From a candidate division CPR3 bacterium GWF2_35_18 (lineage in GTDB: Bacteria > Patescibacteriota > CPR3 > GWF2-35-18), in contig MESW01000007.1 of the NCBI GenBank assembly GCA_001771135.1, forward strand, positions 3,563 to 67,562: a stretch of 64,000 nucleotides of DNA, given 5' to 3'. The stretch's first letter is position 1, and each line of letters begins with the position of its first letter. The notes beneath the pieces were generated by a model, which was given only the letters and a program-made list of their open reading frames with translations, was not told the DNA's origin and did no database searches. Of the stretch, positions 29,634 to 37,862 are shown piece after piece. The position numbers and the translations under genes were made by a program.

Positions 29634-31193
29634 ATGCCTAACTCCAAAATTAAGAAATTAAAAATTTTATTTGTAACGTCCGAAGTTGCTCCTCTCTCAA
29701 AAGTGGGTGGACTAGCTGACGTCTGTTGGTCTTTACCGAGGGAGTTAATTAAACTAGGCCACGATGTTCGTATTTTTACTCCTAAGTATGGAAGTATTGA
29801 AGAGGAAAAATATAGCATCAAATATTATTTAAAAGGTTTGAAAGTTTCTACATCTAAAGAAGACATTATTTGTAACATAAAACAGTGTTTAATTCCTGGC
29901 AATATAAAGGTTTATTTGCTAGAAAACATGGAGTATTATGAAAAAAGAGCTAATGTTTATGGTTATTCTGATGATAGTAGACGTTGGTATCTATTATCAA
30001 AACTAGTGCTGGAATTTTTGAAAGCAGAAGATTGGACTCCAGATATTATTCACAATCATGATTGGATGACTGGATTTGCAAGCAACTTTTTAAGAACAGA
30101 ATACAAAAAAGATAAAAAATTAAATAAAATAGCTACACTATTTACAATACATAATATCGAGATGCAAGGTCAATTTAATTATTGGGACCAGAAAGAATCA
30201 GAGAAAGATGACGGTAAAAAAAATATTACAGATTTGTATGCAAAAGAAGTTATTGGTAGTAATGGTGTTAAAAGAGGTATTATTCACTCAGATATTGTTT
30301 CTTCAGTCTCTGAAAATTATACAAGAGAAATTATGACTCCAGAATATGGTGCAGGTTTGGATAAACTGATGAGAGAAGAAAGAATGAAGTTATTCGGAGT
30401 TATTAATGGGCTTGATTACAATGTTTTTAATCCTTCTACAGATCCAGATATTTGGGTAAATTATGATAGAAATAGTTTAGAAAAGAAAACCAAGAATAAA
30501 CTAAAATTTCAACAAGAGTTTGGATTAGATCAAGATCCAGATGTTCCTTTGCTTGGATTTGTCGGAAGGTTTACAAAGCAGAAAGGCTTAAGTTTAATAA
30601 AAGAGGTTCTTGAGATATTGATTAAAGATCTCCATTTCCAATTTGCGATAGTAGGAGGAAGTGGTGAACAGGAATATCAACAATATTTTTATGAACTAAT
30701 GAAAAAATATCCCCACAAAATAGGTGGTCATCTAATGGTAAGTAAAATTATCGGTCAGCAGATATATGCTGCATCTGATATTTTCTTATATCCGTCACTT
30801 TTTGAACCTTGTGGTTTAGCTCATCTAATAGCCATGAAGTATGGTAGTGTTCCAGTGGTTCATAAAACAGGAGGTCTTGCGGATACTGTTTTAGATTTTG
30901 ATCCAAATACATTCGAAGGAAATGGTTTTGTATTTGAAGATTTTAACCAAAGATCTTTTATGATTCAGATTGTTCGGGCTATTGAGAATTTTAAGCACAA
31001 AAATAGTTGGAAAAAATTGCAGAGAAAACTGATGGGATTAGATTTTTCATGGAAAAATTCAGCAATACAATATATTGATTTGTATAATAAAGCAATAGAG
31101 AGGCATAAAAGATGGTTGACTAAAGAAGGTTTAATCAAGGCAAGATTTCCAGAAGAAGTTTCTGGAATTCACACGATTGATCCTTCTCGATAA
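29634..31193 (+). CDS. Glycogen/starch-synthase-like glycosyltransferase (GT5, GlgA family)
   Basis: N-terminal KxGGL motif SKVGGLADVCWSLPREL; C-terminal HKTGGLADTV. Confidence 0.8.
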   Translation: MPNSKIKKLKILFVTSEVAPLSKVGGLADVCWSLPRELIKLGHDVRIFTPKYGSIEEEKYSIKYYLKGLKVSTSKEDIICNIKQCLIPGNIKVYLLENMEYYEKRANVYGYSDDSRRWYLLSKLVLEFLKAEDWTPDIIHNHDWMTGFASNFLRTEYKKDKKLNKIATLFTIHNIEMQGQFNYWDQKESEKDDGKKNITDLYAKEVIGSNGVKRGIIHSDIVSSVSENYTREIMTPEYGAGLDKLMREERMKLFGVINGLDYNVFNPSTDPDIWVNYDRNSLEKKTKNKLKFQQEFGLDQDPDVPLLGFVGRFTKQKGLSLIKEVLEILIKDLHFQFAIVGGSGEQEYQQYFYELMKKYPHKIGGHLMVSKIIGQQIYAASDIFLYPSLFEPCGLAHLIAMKYGSVPVVHKTGGLADTVLDFDPNTFEGNGFVFEDFNQRSFMIQIVRAIENFKHKNSWKKLQRKLMGLDFSWKNSAIQYIDLYNKAIERHKRWLTKEGLIKARFPEEVSGIHTIDPSR

Positions 31194-31254
31194 TCTAATG
31201 CTGGATTGTACATCCAGATAATGTATATTATTTTTAATAAATTAGGAGACGTAT

Positions 31255-32703
31255 GTGAAAGTTTTATTTGTGACTTCTGAGTGTTATCCTTTTATAAAAG
31301 TTGGAGGACTTGCAGATGTGGCTGGATCTTTGCCAAAAGCGATGAGCAGATTAGGTGTTGAAGTGACAATTGCGATGCCATATTATAAGAACATAGAGTT
31401 ATCTGAAAAATATATATCTAAAGTAGATGGAGAAATGACTTTTACTTTTGGAGATAAAGAAGAACATTTAAATCTTTATAGAACATTCTATCCAGGAACT
31501 CACCTTCCAGTATTATTATTCAGGAATGAGACTTATATTAAAGATGAAGTATATCCTAAAATACATGATAAGTCTTTAAGTCAATTCGTTTTTTTCTCCA
31601 GAGCAATTTTGAAATTTTTAAAAACAGGAGAGCTTAAGTATGATCTTTTACATCTTAATGATTGGCCTACGGCAATTATTGCGGGATTACTCAAAACAGA
31701 GTATAGGGTTCAACCCGTCTTAAGTCAACTTGCTACAATTCTTACAATACATAATTTAGGTCCTCAGGGTATAGCTAAACTTTCAATACTAGATAGTTTG
31801 GAGATAAATAGATATTCTTTAAAAACACTCGATTGGGACGCTCAGGATAAAAATATCGACTTACTTCTTCAAGGGATTGTTAATGCAGATTTGATTAACA
31901 CAGTTTCTCCAACCTATGCAAAAGAAATTATGACAAAGGAATATGGAGAAGGTTTGGATCAAGTCATGAAGTCTCGTGAGGGAAGAGTTTTTGGAGTTCT
32001 AAATGGAATTGATTATTCAGTTTTTAATCCTCAAACAGATTCAGCTATTCATTTCCGCTATGATGTTAATAATTGGGATGCAGGGAAAGCTCAGAATAAA
32101 TTATTTTTACAGAAAAAATTACATCTTAAAGAAGACGTAAAAATTCCTTTAATCGGAATGGTTACCCGTTTGAGCAATCAAAAAGGAATAGATCTTATCC
32201 TCGAAAAGATGGATGAAATTGTAAAAAAGAACATACAAGTTGTAATTTTAGGTACAGGAAGTGAGTCTTATGAAGCAAAACTTTCCAAGTTTAATGATAA
32301 ATATCCAGATATGGTGAGTATGATTTTAAAGTTTGATCAGTCTCTTTCTCGCCAAATTTTTGCAGGAACAGATATGTTTTTAGTTCCTTCGAAGTTTGAA
32401 CCGTGTGGATTGACACAACTTATTGCAATGAAATATGGGAGTATGCCAATTGTAAGAGCTACAGGAGGCCTTAAAGATACCGTTACGAAAGGAAAAACTG
32501 GTTTTGTTTTTGAGGAGTATTCAAGTAAGTCATTATTGCAGTCGATTGCAGATGCGGTAACGGTTTATAAAAATACTACAAAGTGGCGTGAACTTGTCCA
32601 GGAAGCAATGAGACAGGATTTTTCTTGGAACAACTCTGCTAAGGAATACTTAAAACTATATCAGAAAGCACTTAAATTTAAACAGGAAGAAAATTTTATC
32701 TAA
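31255..32703 (+). CDS. Second GlgA-family GT5 glycosyltransferase (GTG start, SD AGGAGA)
   Basis: IKVGGLADVAGSLPKAM; RATGGLKDTV; ~35-40 percent identity to upstream paralog by eye. Confidence 0.8.
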   Translation: MKVLFVTSECYPFIKVGGLADVAGSLPKAMSRLGVEVTIAMPYYKNIELSEKYISKVDGEMTFTFGDKEEHLNLYRTFYPGTHLPVLLFRNETYIKDEVYPKIHDKSLSQFVFFSRAILKFLKTGELKYDLLHLNDWPTAIIAGLLKTEYRVQPVLSQLATILTIHNLGPQGIAKLSILDSLEINRYSLKTLDWDAQDKNIDLLLQGIVNADLINTVSPTYAKEIMTKEYGEGLDQVMKSREGRVFGVLNGIDYSVFNPQTDSAIHFRYDVNNWDAGKAQNKLFLQKKLHLKEDVKIPLIGMVTRLSNQKGIDLILEKMDEIVKKNIQVVILGTGSESYEAKLSKFNDKYPDMVSMILKFDQSLSRQIFAGTDMFLVPSKFEPCGLTQLIAMKYGSMPIVRATGGLKDTVTKGKTGFVFEEYSSKSLLQSIADAVTVYKNTTKWRELVQEAMRQDFSWNNSAKEYLKLYQKALKFKQEENFI

Positions 32704-32719
32704 GTTAATGGAGTAAATT

Positions 32720-33529
32720 ATGGTTGATTATAGACAGAACAAGCTAAATAAAAAATGGATAATTGTTTCTCCAAAAAGAGCAAAAAGACCAGGAGAAAAT
32801 AAGAAGGAAGCGAAGCCAGTTTGCCCTTTTTGCTATGGACACGAATCGATGACTCCACCTGAAGTTTACCGTATTGGAGACGGAAATCCAGGTGAGTCAG
32901 GATGGAAAGTGAGGGTTGTTCCCAATAAGTACAAAATAACTGATATTCATGAGGTTATTATTCATCATCCTAATCATGATTTCGATTTTGAAGATTTACC
33001 AGAGGAACATGCTAATTTAGTTTTTGGGGTATATAAAAATAGATTTAATTTTCATAAAGATGAAGGACAAGTTGTAATCTTTAATAACTGTGGGAAAGAG
33101 GCTGCTGAGTCTCTAGAACATAATCACACTCAACTCGCAGTTGTTCCTGCGAATATACAATTAGACACTCCGGTTATTGGTGAGATAAATTTGGCTTATG
33201 AAGATGATCAGCTGCTTATTTCGTGTCCACGAGACTCAGAATGGCCGTATGAAGTTTGGTTTATACCCAAAAGAAGAGATCTGTGCTTTGGAGATATTAA
33301 CTCCGATGAAATAATGTCTTTCAGTCGTAATTTAAAAAAAGTTATTAATATCATTAAAAAGGAAGTCGGAAAATTTTCTTATAATTTTTATATTTACCCT
33401 TCTCAAGATTGGTATTTAAGATTGATTCCTCGGATTACAAATAGGGCAGGATTTGAATTAAGTACAGGGATTATGGTAAATACAAAGGATTCGCAGGAAG
33501 TTGTGAATTTATTAAAGCAGAATCTTTAA
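32720..33529 (+). CDS. Galactose-1-phosphate uridylyltransferase family (HIT superfamily) nucleotidyl-hexose transferase, short form
   Basis: WIIVSPKRAKRP (GalT W-x-x-VSP-x-RA-x-RP), zinc motif CPFCYGHE, active-site HNHTQ (HxHxQ). Confidence 0.75.
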   Translation: MVDYRQNKLNKKWIIVSPKRAKRPGENKKEAKPVCPFCYGHESMTPPEVYRIGDGNPGESGWKVRVVPNKYKITDIHEVIIHHPNHDFDFEDLPEEHANLVFGVYKNRFNFHKDEGQVVIFNNCGKEAAESLEHNHTQLAVVPANIQLDTPVIGEINLAYEDDQLLISCPRDSEWPYEVWFIPKRRDLCFGDINSDEIMSFSRNLKKVINIIKKEVGKFSYNFYIYPSQDWYLRLIPRITNRAGFELSTGIMVNTKDSQEVVNLLKQNL

Positions 33530-33766
33530 TTATAGATCTTCGTCAAAATTTTTCTTAGAAAATCCCTTTCCAATTATCCATAGGACTTGTTCTTTGGTGT
33601 AGCGGCGATCTCCTCGAGAATTGATGCGTATTGGAAGGAGTTTTCCTTTTTTTCCCCAGCGTTTAATTGTAATAGGGGATACTCGTAAGAATTTAGCAAC
33701 TTCTTTTACGGTCATAAGATCTGGTAAATGTGAGAATTCTCCTGGTTGTTTTTGGGAATCATCCAT
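33530..33766 (-). CDS. Excisionase-family helix-turn-helix DNA-binding protein (MerR-like HTH)
   Basis: LMTVKEVAKFLRVSPITIKRWGKKGKLLPIRINSRGDRRYTKEQV. Confidence 0.6.
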   Translation of the reverse strand: MDDSQKQPGEFSHLPDLMTVKEVAKFLRVSPITIKRWGKKGKLLPIRINSRGDRRYTKEQVLWIIGKGFSKKNFDEDL

Positions 33767-33884
33767 ATTTATTTCCTCTATATTTTATTGTCTTTATTCA
33801 AACTACCATGACTATTTGATTGTGTCAATATGTATACAAATACAACTTAATATATCAAATTGAGAAGTATTTATGATCTGAATA

Positions 33885-33918
33885 CAAAAAAGACCTTATT
33901 TTATTAAGGTCTTTTTTG
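33885..33918. terminator. Bidirectional intrinsic terminator between HTH gene and rplL (AAAAAAGACCTTA ... TAAGGTCTTTTTT)
   Basis: Inverted repeat flanked by A-run and T-run. Confidence 0.6.
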
Positions 33919-33953
33919 ATTATTTAATTAATTATCGAGACAATAATTAATCG

Positions 33954-34382
33954 TTACTTTAACTCAACTTTTGCGCCAGCTTCTTCTAGTTTTTTCTTTG
34001 CTTCTTCAGCTTCTTTTTTCGAAACACCTTCTTTTAGTGCTTTTGGAGCTGCTTCTACTAAATCTTTAGCTTCTTTGAGTCCTAAGGTAGGATTAATTTC
34101 TCTTACCGCCTTGATAACTGCTATTTTATTGCTACCAAAGGAAGATAAGATGACATCAAAACTATCTTTTTCTTCTGCAGGCGCGGCAGCCGCATTAGCT
34201 GTAACTGGTCCAGTAACAGCAGCCATTGGCATTTGTGCTTTAACTCCGAATTTATCTTCTAGAGCTTTAACGAGATCAGCTAATTCCAAGACGGACATCT
34301 TTTCAACTTTTTCAATAATTTCTTGTTGAGTTTTGTTTAATTTTGTCTCTTTTGGTTGTTCTTCTGCCATAATATTCACCAC
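33954..34382 (-). CDS. rplL: Ribosomal protein L7/L12
   Basis: Ala/Glu/Lys-rich, C-terminal domain ...[42 protein letters not shown]. Confidence 0.9.
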   Translation of the reverse strand: MVNIMAEEQPKETKLNKTQQEIIEKVEKMSVLELADLVKALEDKFGVKAQMPMAAVTGPVTANAAAAPAEEKDSFDVILSSFGSNKIAVIKAVREINPTLGLKEAKDLVEAAPKALKEGVSKKEAEEAKKKLEEAGAKVELK

Positions 34383-34404
34383 CCTTCGGTTTAATTACAA
34401 GTTA

Positions 34405-34929
34405 TTAATTTTTAGTTTCTTTTTGATTTTTAATATTATTAACGACATTTACAAAAGAAATAAGATGATAGTTTAATCCATAGACTAGGTTACTAAGAGG
34501 CGATTGGAGTAACCCTACAAATTGTGTTAATAAGGTTTGTTTATTTGGAAGAGCTGATAGTTGTTTAAGTTGATCTATGGTTAGTAAATCTTTTGCTAAA
34601 ACTCCGAACTTTAACTGTGGAAAACTATCATTATCTTTTGCAAAGTCGATGATTATTTTTAGGGGAGTGATCTCATCACCATAAGCAAATAAAGTTGCCG
34701 TTGGTCCTTCTATCTCTTGAGTTGGTTTTATCCCATTTTTTTCGAGTGAAATTTTTAGCAGAGTGTTTTTTGTAACTTGTAACTCTGACTCAGTGTTCAG
34801 AAGTCTTTTACGTAATTCTTGAATTTTGTTTACGGAAAGACCTTTATAATCAGTCAAATAAACTGCTTTTGATTTTCCAATTTTACTATTAAGTTGTTCA
34901 ACTGCTTTTTGATTAGCTTGATTTGGCAT
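34405..34929 (-). CDS. rplJ: Ribosomal protein L10
   Basis: Position upstream of rplL; 174 aa. Confidence 0.85.
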   Translation of the reverse strand: MPNQANQKAVEQLNSKIGKSKAVYLTDYKGLSVNKIQELRKRLLNTESELQVTKNTLLKISLEKNGIKPTQEIEGPTATLFAYGDEITPLKIIIDFAKDNDSFPQLKFGVLAKDLLTIDQLKQLSALPNKQTLLTQFVGLLQSPLSNLVYGLNYHLISFVNVVNNIKNQKETKN

Positions 34930-35079
34930 TTTATTTTATCTTTCTACAAAAAAAACGCTCATACCGAAAGCGTTTTTGTAAAGTTAAATATAATATTAAA
35001 TATTCTTTACTTGTGTCACCTCGGTAGGAAATTAAGAGTATTGAGACTCAATACTCACCTACTGTCATTAGCATAATGT

Positions 35080-35108
35080 AATATATTCGATTTTAATATT
35101 TCTGTCAA
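35080..35108 (-). promoter_or_regulatory. Sigma70-type promoter for rplJ-rplL (TTGACA, 17 nt, TATATT on minus strand), followed by structured L10 leader
   Basis: Reverse complement reads TTGACAgaaatattaaaatcgaaTATATT; leader contains hairpins incl. AAAAACGCTTTCGGTATGAGCGTTTTTTT attenuator-like element. Confidence 0.6.
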
Positions 35109-35111
35109 CAC

Positions 35112-35924
35112 TTAATTAAGTTTATCAGGATCTAACTTAATCGAGGGGCTCATTGTCGTCTTAATTGTAATTGACTTTATGTACGGATTTTTTACCTTTG
35201 GAGGTCTTGCAACAATAATAGTTTCGTATATTGACTTAAAATTTCCTTTTAATTTTTCCTCTCCAAAAGAAAGTGGTCCAATAATAGTGTGAACGATTGG
35301 AAAGTCCTTTTCATTCTTTATTTCAAGGCTGTTACCGGAAATTAAATTACTAATAGTTTCTTTAATATTTTTAGTAACAGTGTTGTTTTTAATGTTTGGC
35401 ATTAAGCCTTTTGGGCCTAAAATTTTAGCAAGAAGTGCAATTTTGGGCATCATTTCAGGAGTAGCAAGTACTTTATCAAATCCAGTCCAACCGTTTTTTA
35501 CTTTCGTAATCGTTTCTTCGTCAGAAACATATGTAGCTCCTGATTCCTTTGCTTCTTTGATTTGGTCTTGATCTCCAAAAACTAATATTTTTAATTCTTT
35601 TTTAATTCCAAAAGGAATAGAAGTAACTTTTCTGATAATCTGATCACTTTTTTTAGGATCAATAGAAAGATTTATGTGAAGTTCGACTTTGGGATCAAAT
35701 TTTGTATAAGAGATCTCTTTGAGTAATTTGAGAGCCTCTGATAAGGAATATTTACGATTTTCAATTTGTTTCAATTTATTTTGATACTTTTTTCCTCTGA
35801 TTTTAGGGTTACTTTTTGTTTCTGGTTTTGATTTACTCTTTTGATTTTTTTCTTTAACCACTTCTTTTTCTTTTAATTCTTCACTATTCATATTTTCTAA
35901 ATCTTTAATTTCCTTTTTTCCCAT
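35112..35924 (-). CDS. rplA: Ribosomal protein L1 with ~45 aa lysine-rich N-terminal extension
   Basis: L1 core from ...SLSEALKLLKEISYTKFDPKVELHINL...; extension MGKKEIKDLENMNSEELKEKEVVKEKNQKSKSKPETKSNPKIRGKKYQ. Confidence 0.9.
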   Translation of the reverse strand: MGKKEIKDLENMNSEELKEKEVVKEKNQKSKSKPETKSNPKIRGKKYQNKLKQIENRKYSLSEALKLLKEISYTKFDPKVELHINLSIDPKKSDQIIRKVTSIPFGIKKELKILVFGDQDQIKEAKESGATYVSDEETITKVKNGWTGFDKVLATPEMMPKIALLAKILGPKGLMPNIKNNTVTKNIKETISNLISGNSLEIKNEKDFPIVHTIIGPLSFGEEKLKGNFKSIYETIIVARPPKVKNPYIKSITIKTTMSPSIKLDPDKLN

Positions 35925-36006
35925 GATAAATTACTCCTTAATAACTTTTACTCCCTAATTTCATTTGTTTTGTATCTTAATTAGTTAGGGAATCCCAAAA
36001 TTATTT

Positions 36007-36435
36007 TTAATTTTTTATATCTATGCCCATGTTTTTAGCAGTACCAGCAATTGTTTTTGTTGCAGCCTCAACATCGGTTGTGTTTAAATCAGATAATTTT
36101 TTTTCGGTAATTTCCTTAAGTTTTTCTTTTGAAATTGAACCGACTTTATTTTTATTAGGTGTTCCAGATCCTTTTTCCACTCCAGCGGCTTTTCGTAGTA
36201 AATCTGCAGTAGGAGGAGTTTTTAGCTTGAAATCAAAGCTTCTATCTTCATATACTGTGACAATTGCAGGAATGATAAATCCTTTATCTGCAGCGCTTTT
36301 TTCATTGTATTGGCGACAAAATTCAACAATATTAATTCCATGTTGACCCAAAACTGGTCCGACTGGAGGAGCTGGAGTTGCTTCACCTGCGTGTAAATTT
36401 ATTTTAAATGAGGTTTTTATTTTTTTCTTAGCCAT
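36007..36435 (-). CDS. rplK: Ribosomal protein L11
   Basis: MAKKKIKTSFKINLHAGEATPAPPVGPVLGQHGINIVEFCRQYN. Confidence 0.95.
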   Translation of the reverse strand: MAKKKIKTSFKINLHAGEATPAPPVGPVLGQHGINIVEFCRQYNEKSAADKGFIIPAIVTVYEDRSFDFKLKTPPTADLLRKAAGVEKGSGTPNKNKVGSISKEKLKEITEKKLSDLNTTDVEAATKTIAGTAKNMGIDIKN

Positions 36436-36447
36436 TTTATATCCTTT

Positions 36448-36990
36448 TTAGAGTTTACTTACTTGGAGAAAATCTAATTCTACAGGAGTTTCCCTTCCGA
36501 ATATTGAAACTAAAACTTTTAATTTTCCTTGATCTTCATTGATTTCTTCTACTGATCCAACAAAATCCGCAAACGGTCCATCAATAATTTTAACCGCTTC
36601 GCCTTTACTGAAGCTGGCTTTATATTTTGGAGCTTTCATCTTCGAGTATTTGAAGATTGTTTTAACTTCAGCTTCAGGTAAAGGGATTGGTCTGCTTGCA
36701 AAACCGACAAAACCAGTAACTCCAGGAGTATTTCGAACTACAAACCAAGTTTCATCACTCATTAACATTTTTACAAGAATATATCCCGGAAGAATTCTTT
36801 CCCTAATATTTTTTCTTTTTCCTTCTTTAATCTCGATCTTTTCTTGAGTGGGAATCATAATATCAAAGATCTTATCTTCAATATTTAATGATTTGATTCT
36901 TTTTTTCAAAGTAGCTGAAACTTTTTGTTCATGACCAGAATAAACATGGACAACGAACCATTCTGGTTTCGTGCTTAGTTTTTGTTTCAT
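36448..36990 (-). CDS. nusG: Transcription antiterminator NusG
   Basis: [14 protein letters not shown] (NGN domain), C-terminal [24 protein letters not shown]. Confidence 0.9.
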   Translation of the reverse strand: MKQKLSTKPEWFVVHVYSGHEQKVSATLKKRIKSLNIEDKIFDIMIPTQEKIEIKEGKRKNIRERILPGYILVKMLMSDETWFVVRNTPGVTGFVGFASRPIPLPEAEVKTIFKYSKMKAPKYKASFSKGEAVKIIDGPFADFVGSVEEINEDQGKLKVLVSIFGRETPVELDFLQVSKL

Positions 36991-37087
36991 TTTGTTATAA
37001 TCCTAAAGTAATTTTATTCCCAAATTTTCCAATTTATTTTTTATTATATTGTTAATTTGGGTTGTGATCACCTACAGTTACTCTGAA

Positions 37088-37351
37088 CTATAAGAAGGTG
37101 ATCATATTAAAAAGATAATCTACAATTGTTACTGTCACACTAATAAAAACACTAGTAGCAATAACTACTAAAGTTAAATTATAAGTTTTCTTCGATGATG
37201 GCCAAGTTACTTTTTTTGTTTCAATAATAACTTCCTCAAAATATTTTTTTATTGGCCCGAAAGGGTTTTTGATATTTCTTTTTTGTCTTTTCATGGTTAG
37301 TATATAATGGAAAACTGGAGTATTATATACCCAAATTCCTCTAAATTGCAA
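37088..37351 (-). CDS. secE: Preprotein translocase SecE (likely true start at internal MKRQKRN, ~37297)
   Basis: Single C-terminal TM LTLVVIATSVFISVTVTIVDYLF preceded by KKVTWPS; position upstream of nusG. Confidence 0.75.
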   Translation of the reverse strand: MQFRGIWVYNTPVFHYILTMKRQKRNIKNPFGPIKKYFEEVIIETKKVTWPSSKKTYNLTLVVIATSVFISVTVTIVDYLFNMITFL

Positions 37352-37508
37352 GTTATTAATGCTATTTTTATTAAATATGTAATATTAGTTTGATATCTTA
37401 ATTAAATTTTAACAATTTGTAAAGGATATATTGTCTCTGATCTTTTTTATGATACAATAAATTGATATAGATTGTTGTTGAAACAAGCTTACATTTACGT
37501 TTTATCTT

Positions 37509-37862
37509 ATGAATCAAACTAACTTTCCTCAAAACAGTTTAAGGCCTTCTTCAGAGGTTTTTCAGAATCCCGAAAGAATAGGTGTTGATACTGTTGCAGT
37601 AAATTCAGAAGGAGTTTCCCGTATTTCTTCAAAAGAAGAACAACCTATGATTCAAAGTAAGCCTACAAATTTACTTGCGCATACTACACAGCAGCATTTA
37701 ACTGATAATGAGCAAACAAACAAAGTTTTTGCTAAAGATTCAAAAAACTTGACTCCTAAAGAAATTTCGTTTGGAATTAAACAGCCTTCAAATAGTAGTA
37801 TGTTTTGGTTTATGATGATGTCAAGATGGGAAATTGAACGTCAGAAAAGGAGAAAACTGTGA
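37509..37862 (+). CDS. Hypothetical low-complexity (Q/S/N/T-rich, predicted disordered) protein, stop overlaps start of downstream ATPase
   Basis: ORF track only; no SD; may be non-coding. Confidence 0.3.
   Translation: MNQTNFPQNSLRPSSEVFQNPERIGVDTVAVNSEGVSRISSKEEQPMIQSKPTNLLAHTTQQHLTDNEQTNKVFAKDSKNLTPKEISFGIKQPSNSSMFWFMMMSRWEIERQKRRKL

Noticed and set aside
29634-32703. Calling the two GT5 genes a bona fide glycogen synthase pair (glgA)
   Set aside because: Family membership is clear, but no glgB, glgC or glgP is adjacent and they end a lipid-glycan-type GT operon, so I did not assign the glgA symbol.
33621-33863. 80-aa plus-strand ORF
   Set aside because: Antisense overlap with the excisionase-type HTH gene and extends into an AT-rich intergenic region; no support.
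37352-37520. Direct repeat of the tRNA-Trp 3' end (att-like) at the far boundary of the putative insertion
   Set aside because: I looked for GGCGTCAGG / TTTGAACC-like matches near 37352..37520 and saw none, so I do not claim a bounded integrative element.
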